Origin: Corallochytrium limacisporum Hawaii
Lineage: Eukaryota > Protista > Pluriformea
Direction of reading: 5' to 3'
Length of the DNA stretch: 64,000 nt
Assembly (NCBI GenBank): GCA_002811645.1
Contig: PDIP01000046.1
Span: 32,258 to 96,257 of the forward strand
Shown: positions 54,777-64,000 of the stretch, piece by piece
Layout: each line of letters starts with the position of its first letter
Numbering within the stretch: the first letter of the stretch is position 1
The notes under the pieces: generated by a model
Database searches by the model: none
What the model saw: the letters and a program-made list of their open reading frames with translations, nothing else
Told to the model about the DNA's origin: nothing
Program-made: the position numbers and the translations under genes

Positions 54777-56411
54777 CTACGTCACAGTAATGTGCGGAGC
54801 AGACCGGTTGGGATTCGCCAATTCGGTGCCCTCAGCGGGAGATGAGCTCACAGACGGTATGGTGACATCCGAAGGGGTCACTGACACAGCCCCTCCGCTG
54901 TGAGTGACAGCCACCGGGGCACCCTTAGTGCCCGGGGCCGGCAGGCTGTGCGTCGAGCCGTTGACTCGATGAATCTCAAAACAAATGGATCCAGACTTGG
55001 CCAATTCAGCGTCGAGGGGCAGAACCAGATTGGTACTGTTCACGGCTTTGTTCACCTCCTCCTTCTTCGGCAGGTCAGGCTTGACACTGGCGCTACGTGA
55101 GAGCTGGGTCGGCTTCCGACGCAGTGATTTGGACGCCCGCAAGCCGAGGGTCTTTTGGCTCTCCTGGATGCGATCGTAAACCTCGAATTTCCGTTCCATC
55201 TTGATGAGAAGGGGGTCCCGCTTAGGGTCCTGCCAGAGATGGTCAAGGGAGCCATTGGAACACTTCTTAAGATGAATGGGATTGTCCTCCAGCATCATTT
55301 CCTCGAGCTCATAGGTGGCGTCACAGTTCATTTGATCCTTCGGAGGGACATAGGGTGGTGGCAAGTCACCGGACTGTGCAAGATCCCAGTCAATAGCAGC
55401 GCCAACTGGGTGCTCACAGAACCAGGGATGATTCAGGAAGTCCGAGTTTGCAGTGCCGTCAGGCACGCTGACGCCCGCAACTCCTGACAGACAGCAGTCG
55501 GCAATGGTGGCAGCATTCTGCTCCATTACGGCTGGCATTGGTTCCCGCACGGTGCCGATTTCGTCCAGACGCTCGATGCTCGTGTTCACACTGCCATGTG
55601 CTCCCTTGGCACGCAGATGCAGACGTTTCACAGCATCGCGTTTCAGTAGGCCCTTTAGGAAATCCTTGCATTCCGGGGATAGCGTGGAGGCGCAGGAGAC
55701 ATCCACAGTGCCGTTGCAGACTATGCTCTCCGCATCCGAATCCCTCATGGATTGGAATGGGTGCCGACCCAGAGCAAGTTCCAGCAGAGTCATGCCCAGA
55801 CTCCACCAATCGACAGCAAAGGCATACGGTGACCGTTGCAAAACCTCAGGAGCCATGTAAGGCCGTGTGCCAGTTCGTCCCTTGAGCGTGGTGCCCTTGG
55901 GTAGATACTCGGCAACGTTAAAGTCGGCAATGGCCACATGTCCAGTGGCATCCATGAGAATGTTGTCTGGTTTAATGTCCCGGTGGACGATACAGCGGGA
56001 CTGCAGGTACTGCAAACCACAGGCCAGCTCCACGGCGTAGAAGCGTAACCGATCCTCTGTGAACGGTCCGGTTTGCGTCATGCTAAATGCCAGATCACCC
56101 CCCATTTTCAGGTCCATGATCATATAGAAGTCCTCTGCATCTTGGAAGGCATACCAGAGGTTCACTACGAATGGACTGCTCAAGCGTTCCAGGATCTTAC
56201 GTTCATGATACACATTCTTCACCGCCTTCTTCTGCACGATGAGATCCTTATTCATGTACTTCACAGCATATTCCTTCTTGGTAAGTCGGTGTTCCACGAT
56301 CGCTACTTTACCAAAGGCACCCTTACCAATGCTACGCAGAATCTTGAACTGTGATAAGTTTGCCGGCGCGTCAAAATCGATGGGATCTTTCTTACCACAA
56401 AGATTGCCCAT
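54777..56411 (-). CDS. STK32: AGC-group Ser/Thr kinase, STK32/YANK family
   Basis: MGNLC (N-myristoylation and palmitoylation-like); FKILRSIGKGAFGKV, YAVKYMNK, HRDIKPDNILMD, DFNVA (YANK-type DFN), GTRPYMAPE and NCDATYELEEMMLEDNP. Confidence 0.9.
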   Translation of the reverse strand: MGNLCGKKDPIDFDAPANLSQFKILRSIGKGAFGKVAIVEHRLTKKEYAVKYMNKDLIVQKKAVKNVYHERKILERLSSPFVVNLWYAFQDAEDFYMIMDLKMGGDLAFSMTQTGPFTEDRLRFYAVELACGLQYLQSRCIVHRDIKPDNILMDATGHVAIADFNVAEYLPKGTTLKGRTGTRPYMAPEVLQRSPYAFAVDWWSLGMTLLELALGRHPFQSMRDSDAESIVCNGTVDVSCASTLSPECKDFLKGLLKRDAVKRLHLRAKGAHGSVNTSIERLDEIGTVREPMPAVMEQNAATIADCCLSGVAGVSVPDGTANSDFLNHPWFCEHPVGAAIDWDLAQSGDLPPPYVPPKDQMNCDATYELEEMMLEDNPIHLKKCSNGSLDHLWQDPKRDPLLIKMERKFEVYDRIQESQKTLGLRASKSLRRKPTQLSRSASVKPDLPKKEEVNKAVNSTNLVLPLDAELAKSGSICFEIHRVNGSTHSLPAPGTKGAPVAVTHSGGAVSVTPSDVTIPSVSSSPAEGTELANPNRSAPHITVT

Positions 56412-58921
56412 TGTGATTGACGGTGTGTTGTGCTATGTAGTTCCTTTTGATTCCCTCTCTGTGTATCCTAATAGTGTACAGGGTGGCTACGATTCTCTGT
56501 CCGCCCGCGGCTTGATCGTTTCCTCGTTCGTGTCTTGCGCCTGCTAACTGTGGCCAAGTCACTGAGGTCTCTCCAAACTATATCCTTTCACACTTTGTAT
56601 CTTTCACACACTGGTCATTCATACAATGACTATCACACGGTTTCTCACACTGTATAGATGCTGTACGTCTGTGGTTGTCAGGTCTTCTGTCCAAGTGTTG
56701 CCTTAAGTAGCAAAATGTGAGATTCATTCAACGTACGAGTTCCGGTGCCGCAAGAGTGTCTCCCACGTCTGCTCCATCAAAGCCAAAAAGGAAGAATTTT
56801 TTTCTGCACATCTCGTCGCTATACAGACCCGCCCGTTGAGGAACAGACACTTTAAGGTAAAAGACTATTTGGAATGTCACATGCAAGGCCTCAGTCAACC
56901 CATTCTTCAAAACAAGCACACGCGTCTTCTATTCGAACCCACCGTGTATTGGAATATTTCCGAAGAGTGCTTATGGTCCGGCCCTTCCACAGTTTACTTT
57001 TGATAGCGGGTCAGCCATGGCATCAGCACCACCCACGCGCACACCCTACAAACATGTCCAACACAACAACACAACCATTGTCCCATTACATCAAAAGATA
57101 AACAGGACAACAGCAGACAACCCACCATGCAGCCGTGAAGCGATGGCTACAACATGTACAACCACCTTCATATTTTGCTCCGCTCCGCGGAAAGGGTCAT
57201 CCCTCAGCCTCGCCCTGGGCTCACCGCTTGCAAGCATTAACCATGTCTTTCTGCCCTGATGATCGATGAACCAGTGCGGTGGATGTTTTTGTTGATTGAT
57301 AACAAGGTTCTCTCGATGCCACTTTATTTTTAAGGCCGTCCGAACCCATGTAAGCCGATCACCCCCTTTTCCCCCAACTATGAATCCCGCGCGCGCGATT
57401 GCCCCCTCCTTCCCCTCCCCTCCCCCCCCCNNNNNNNNNNNNNNNNNNNNNNNNNNNNNNNNNNNNNNNNNNNNNNNNNNNNNNNNNNNNNNNNNNNNNN
57501 NNNNNNNNNNNNNNNNNNNNNNNNNNNNNNNNNNNNNNNNNNNNNNNNNNNNNNNNNNNNNNNNNNNNNNNNNNNNNNNNNNNNNNNNNNNNNNNNNNNN
57601 NNNNNNNNNNNNNNNNNNNNNNNNNNNNNNNNNNNNNNNNNNNNNNNNNNNNNNNNNNNNNNNNNNNNNNNNNNNNNNNNNNNNNNNNNNNNNNNNNNNN
57701 NNNNNNNNNNNNNNNNNNNNNNNNNNNNNNNNNNNNNNNNNNNNNNNNNNNNNNNNNNNNNNNNNNNNNNNNNNNNNNNNNNNNNNNNNNNNNNNNNNNN
57801 NNNNNNNNNNNNNNNNNNNNNNNNNNNNNNNNNNNNNNNNNNNNNNNNNNNNNNNNNNNNNNNNNNNNNNNNNNNNNNNNNNNNNNNNNNNNNNNNNNNN
57901 NNNNNNNNNNNNNNNNNNNNNNNNNNNNNNNNNNNNNNNNNNNNNNNNNNNNNNTCACTACCAGGCGTCTCCTCCCCCTCTCCCCCGGCCCACCCGCCCC
58001 CGTCTCCAACACTCTAAATTATTTCGTCTCCGGAAACCCTTGGTAACCACGGAGAATTAGGGGGAAGCAAGCCCAAAAAAAAGTACAACCAAAAGGAAAA
58101 AAAAACAGCGAGTCACTCACCCCACCAAATCAAATGAATAAAAAATGAGCCGCACACTCTATTTATCGCGGAGGGAATGCACGGCCCTCTTTTCTGTTAA
58201 CCAAGAGAGAGAGAGAGAGAGGAGAGAGTGAGACGGAGAAAGAGGGCAAATTGAAAAAGACAAGAAAAAAAATGGCGAATTAGCGGAAAAGTGCCCGGCC
58301 GGGTCCCCTGTGAGGAAGAATTGCGGGGCGGCCGGGAGCGCGCTTGGACGAGCGAGGGACGAAGGCCCCCTCCCCCTCCCCATGCGAATCAAAAACCAGC
58401 CGGCTGGCCCGGTACATTCAGTATGTAGCACAGGCATGGGGCGGGTTGGGAAGGACCCAGGAGAAGGGAGGGGGTCTGGGTACGCGGCGCGGGCAAGCGG
58501 GCACAAGGTAAGAAAACTTTTGCAGGAGACGTCTCTCGATCTGCAGATGATCGTGTCAATCAGTAGTCAATGTACTGTCCGCATTTGCGTAAGACTGACA
58601 TGTGCCCCAGGTTGTTCGGGCGCGGTCTGGTGGCGATGGCACCGAGTGATACTCCATCCTTATGTGGTTGGACGCAGGCCCGAAAGGATTTTTTGCTTTT
58701 CCGGTGACGTTTATTCGCGCACATTACCTACTGGGAGCCACGGATCACTCGGTTTGGTTTCCCCGGTGAAGGGGGGAGGGGTCGGGCCCCTGGGGAAAGA
58801 GAGAGAGGGAGGCTCCCCCCGGAAGGGGGGGGGGGCCGGGGGAGATTTGGTTGGTTCAAGGCGCAGGGCACCGCAAAATAGCAGCAGAGAAATTTTTGCG
58901 CTGTCGCTCATCCGCTTTTCC

Positions 58922-58960
58922 AGCCAATGGCGGGTCTGTATGGAGTGGTCGGCCAATCAG
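58922..58960. promoter_or_regulatory. Tandem CCAAT boxes
   Basis: AGCCAATGG (CCAAT at 58924) and GGCCAATCAG (CCAAT at 58953). Confidence 0.35.
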
Positions 58961-61900
58961 CGACAATTCCGGTACTTTCGCTACCGGAACACCGGTGCGA
59001 AAGTTATTAGAAAAATTGGGGTTCCAAGCCCGGGCCATGGCCCCTTCCCCCCGCCGCCCCTTCTATGAAACCAAATTCTTTCTACCGGTTTTTAGTGAAC
59101 TCCGGCGACCGGTGTTGTAGGCGAGAAGGGAGGAAGAACAAAAGAGACCCCGAGCCTAGGCGCCGCCATTATAACTGAACATCTAATATTGTCGTTGACA
59201 TCGGAAAGTCCGGTTTCACCGAGGGTGAGATTTGCTCCCGCTGCTGTGTGTCTTGCCCGGGCAAAACCTGAGAGACCTAATAACGTGGTTGGATTATTTG
59301 AGGCGGGCTATATTTAGCCGCACCCCGTGGTTGGAGGCCGATCTGTGCTTCAGGAACACGGCTGTTGCGCTTCCCCTGGCGGCGAAGGTTCAGATGAGGA
59401 CCCCGGCTGATTTGAGTACTGAAAATGTCCTGGTGGATCGCCATCTGTGTATTCCGCTCTGTTGTGTTTATGTTGAAGTAAGAACTACAGGATCTTGAAT
59501 CAATTGACGGTATAGAAGTCACGTTCTAGGGTCAGCCATCTCCTAAAAGCACATGCTAAACTGGTTACTCCGGCATGCGTCACCGTCTGTGCTCTTCNNN
59601 NNNNNNNNNNNNNNNNNNNNNNNNNNNNNNNNNNNNNNNNNNNNNNNNNNNNNNNNNNNNNNNNNNNNNNNNNNNNNNNNNNNNNNNNNNNNNNNNNNNN
59701 NNNNNNNNNNNNNNNNNNNNNNNNNNNNNNNNNNNNNNNNNNNNNNNNNNNNNNNNNNNNNNNNNNNNNNNNNNNNNNNNNNNNNNNNNNNNNNNNNNNN
59801 NNNNNNNNNNNNNNNNNNNNNNNNNNNNNNNNNNNNNNNNNNNNNNNNNNNNNNNNNNNNNNNNNNNNNNNNNNNNNNNNNNNNNNNNNNNNNNNNNNNN
59901 NNNNNNNNNNNNNNNNNNNNNNNNNNNNNNNNNNNNNNNNNNNNNNNNNNNNNNNNGTGAATGATCGGCATCCATGTGGAGACCACTACAGCGATTCATC
60001 GCAAGTGCTTAATAGACAATATGGCTTTGGAGACCGATGATCTATCTTCTTTATTTCGGAGGTAACCCATTTCATTTCGATTGCATCCTACCATCCAATA
60101 CGCATGCAGTGATCACCATCTAGCTGAATCGCCGGTGATGAGTAAGTACATGTGGAGCTGTCTATTCATCCCTCATCTACTCTCTTCCACGCTGGCTGCC
60201 CGCAAGTCTGCGGAAGACCCCAACAGCCACTCCCCTTATGCTCCACACCACATGTCAAAGGGGCTGCTGTGAGGTGTGGCTCCTCTGGTTCTTTCATCAG
60301 GTCGGAAATTATCTTCGTCTGATTATATGATTCTGTGTTGCGGAGGAGGATACTGTACACTCGTTGCATCACGTATGCCTAGTGTGTTTCCCTCCTCCGC
60401 TGCCTGAGCGGATTGGAACACGTCAGATACTCATTTGTTTTTGGATGAGCAGTGATGCCGGCTGACGGCACGCTGTTGTTCGGTGTGGATTTAAGTTGGT
60501 CTTGAATGCTCGCAGCGTGACAGGGAAAACACATCATCCAGTCTACCTCCTCGGACGTTCCAGTTCGATTCTCCGTACCATGATGACGATCATTAGTGGA
60601 TGATCCCCATCAAACAGACCGGTAATCTTTCTGTAAACGGAAAGCAAACTGCGAGCAAGAGAGACATCTCAGTGACTGGGTGACCGACCATTCAAACCTG
60701 TGTCAATACACGACAGTAACAACAGTAGCCGCAACAGCCCAAGCCGATACCAACTGACTATGTCAGAACTGAAGTCCTGTAGCTCTTGCACACACAGACT
60801 GCACTGGCCGCAGAACCAGTTGCATTCGCCCAGCCTCCATGCGCCCGGTCCAGGCACCCACTCTCCAGTACTGAAACTACCGGAACCCACGCTGCCGTTG
60901 AAAATGATGTGATCGACCTGCTCTATTTAGACATTACCCGGGGCCACCAGGGAGAAATGCCCCCCCCTCTCCACCGGGGGCAGCGGGTCAAGGATTTTTT
61001 GCTGCAGGACCCCCCCAATCTTTCTCCAGTTCGGCCACAGTACAAAAAGAACTGAACCGTCGTGGTCACCACTCCGTCTTTTTCTCGCATTTTCGCCTCC
61101 TTGCGTCCCCCCCCTTCCCCCTCACCCCCCCACAACCGCAGCGGGGAGCGGGGCCAAAATTTTTTATTTGCCATTCGAAAAATTAATATCCGTACTGCAA
61201 GGGTGCGAGCCGGTGCGCTGGCGCCTACATCAGCAGCTGTGTCCGGCAATGGAACGGGAAGAGACCCTGCTTAAGGGAGAAAGGGGGGAGGGGGTGGGCA
61301 AGGGTGTATTTTAGCAAAAAAGAAAATCATTCATTCCTTGGCTTCTTTTCTTTTCCCGTGTTGGTGTCGATTTTCAAGTCTTGCAAGGAGCGCGGTGGTG
61401 CCGACGAACTCGATGAATGATACATACATCGCGCTTTCACTATTGAAAGGCTCTCGTTGGATGTTTCTTTGCTGACCACGACGGAGGGATGTGCTTCTGT
61501 CATTACCCGTTGTCATTCATATCGCGGGACGGATATCGGCATCGACAAGGATGTGCAGGCACGATGTGTGTTTCGCTGCGGTACTACGCTCGCTTCGTTT
61601 GATAATACAATGCGAGTCCTTCCAACGTGCTGAGCAACACAAAATCGCGTCCGTCCGCAACCAAGGCGAGAACGTGCGGCTGATTCCATCTTTAAAATGT
61701 TCTCTTCTGTCTCACACTCACACACAATGGCGAAAGGGAATACTGCTGGGATCGTTGGATAGTAAAAACTCCAAGTAGTAAATACCGCACAGGTTTATTC
61801 GCATGGTAGTGACGGGCACAATACTGTGATCTCTGGCATCCTCTCGGTAAGGTGGATATAACAAAATATGAACCTGCTCTGCTACGGTTGGTGTGCGAGG

Positions 61901-64000
61901 GGACGGCGGGGTATGCATCACCCCTTGGATGGGAAGGTGACGTGCGCGGGAGGGTTTAGCGAATTGCGGAGGATCCTTACCAGATAATGCGAAAGAAAAA
62001 ATGAAACCGGCACACGGGGGAACGACTGCCCAAGATCGTATATCGTTGTGTTGTCGAATGTGGCAGGGACAATGACCGCTGCGTGCCCGTGCGCATGAGT
62101 AACTGCACGGCAAACACCAGACTTGCCAGGTGACTAGGCACCCTCCAACCCTAAAAGGGGTTCCCGTGTACGGCAGTAATCTGACAGCACTGCCCCAGTG
62201 AGGACCTTTTGAAATAATCACCACGCAAAGCACGACAGCAACTGCGCCAAACTTACCTTCAATAAACACAGCTACGAACTCCGGGGAGAGAAGCTGGGAA
62301 AGAGATCCCCACAACCTCCTCCTCCCGTGCCGATAAGGGGGGAAGAATGGCGCATCGCATAAGGGTCAAATCCCAAGACAATTCGGAGGAGGAGAGCCCC
62401 GCAGATCTCCTCAAGAACTCAGGAGGTCCGTGAAGAACGGCGTCCCAGGATCCTCTGTGTCCCCCCGAGCCGGACCCAATCTTTCATTCGATCCCTCAAT
62501 TCCCAGAGAGACTCAGAGACAGAGACCGTGTACCTAACGGCAACAGCAGCACCCCAGCATGCAAAAAAAAAGAGCAAGCCGGATGACACCATGGTGCAGC
62601 AATAATCCGCGTACGCCCCGAGCGAACCCCTTTGGATGGGCCGGATCCCGCGATGTCACCATATGGACTCCCCCGCACGAATGGAAACAGGAACGATTAT
62701 TTCCTTTGTTATTTGAGTTTTGGGGGGGGGGGGGNNNNNNNNNNNNNNNNNNNNNNNNNNNNNNNNNNNNNNNNNNNNNNNNNNNNNNNNNNNNNNNNNN
62801 NNNNNNNNNNNTTTTTCCTTTTTTTTTTGGGTTGGGGGGGGGGGGGGGCACGTTGGGCGGGACCGAAAGGTCCCTTGCGGGAAAGGGGGAAGTGCGGAGA
62901 GAGGGAGAGAGACAGAGGAGCCCCCCGGGGGGGGGGGGCAGTGGTGTGGTCTGGAGAACCGTAAACACACCATCCGAAGAAGAAGAATCGGGGCAATCCC
63001 AGAGCAATTCTCCGTCTTTTTCTGGACCAAAACAAAAACAAAAAAAAAGAAAAAGAAAACAAAGGGAGAACCGAGGAAAGTTTGAAAAAAAAACCGGACC
63101 GGGAGAAATTGAAACACACTGAGCCGCGGAGGCGCCCACAAGAGCGCGAGAGGGCAATCAACACAAAGGAGTGACTCAGCCTGCCGTAATTGTCACAAAA
63201 TTCGAATCAGGAGCTGTGACAGGCAGGAAGGGCCCCCGTGGGGGGTGGGGGCCGGGAGGAGGTTGACGAGAGAGCAAACGAAGGGAGAACCACAGCTCTC
63301 CGTTTTTAAGGAGGGAGACCAATTGGAACGGAGAAACCAAAACAAAAGCGCCGTCAGGGAACAGTCTGCTTCTCAACCGAAAAAAAAAATACAAAAAGAG
63401 GGGTTGGGGAGAGCCCCCGCCCCCCAGCCCTCATCGTTCGGACTTTTCTTGTTTTTTTTTTGGTTAGCTTTCCTTTTTTTCTTCATTGAGAGTTTTTCCC
63501 CTTTTAAATTCCACTTATAGAATTGGTTTTTCTATTTCAAACCTAACCCTTCTTTTTCTTCTTCTTCTTCCTTTTTGATCTGTAGGCCCTCCCCTTCCCC
63601 ACTTTTTTCTTTCCCTTTTTCCCGTTCCAACCACTACCATTCCATCCCTACGTGCACTATCTCTAACCCTTTTTATTACCGTTTGGACATGTATATATAT
63701 AGAGCTCTTGACGGGCTTTCCTGATGATGACACGGAGAGATAAACATCTGGCTCCCCGAGAGGAAACAGTGATGGGACAGTTTGCGGGGAGTAAAATAGA
63801 ACTTAAAAAAAGACTCCTGGTTCAGGTACTGGGGCGAAGACCAGGGAGAGGAAGAAAAAAAGGAAGAAAAATATACTATCCTCTGCGTCGAAATATTGAT
63901 CCAAATCATATTTAATCAACCGGAATAAGGAGGGAGGGAGAAATTCGCGCCAACCGAGTTCAAATTCGAACTCAGCGACCCCGAAACCCTCTCTGACCCA

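Overview
Eukaryotic nuclear DNA that is gene-dense and almost intron-free, with six N-gaps and several homopolymer-rich, probably mis-assembled intergenic tracts. Sixteen protein-coding genes are supported: two tandem HSF-domain transcription factors, ITPA, a probably mitochondrial poly(A)/(U) polymerase, a UBL-WLM (Wss1-like) protease, HINT, calmodulin, a single-exon ~4050-aa DNA-PKcs, mitoribosomal mL52, a 2485-aa UNC79-like helical protein, a hypothetical protein, ACADVL, an MGAT4/GT54 glycosyltransferase, a cyclin J-like cyclin, a PhzF-family protein and an STK32/YANK kinase. The animal-like gene set combined with near-absence of introns suggests a unicellular holozoan such as Corallochytrium (inference only). 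Main leads: (1) the only clear intron sits in calmodulin at the position used by vertebrate CALM genes, and by hand-pairing it folds into a ~250-nt rod-like hairpin; (2) a dense E2F + CHR + CCAAT (DREAM-type) cis-regulatory module at ~52.0-52.4 kb, upstream of the cyclin; (3) candidate pre-metazoan UNC79, mL52, mitochondrial PAP and MGAT4. No tRNA, rRNA, CRISPR array or transposon was recognised. All family calls are from motif recognition by eye, without database searches.
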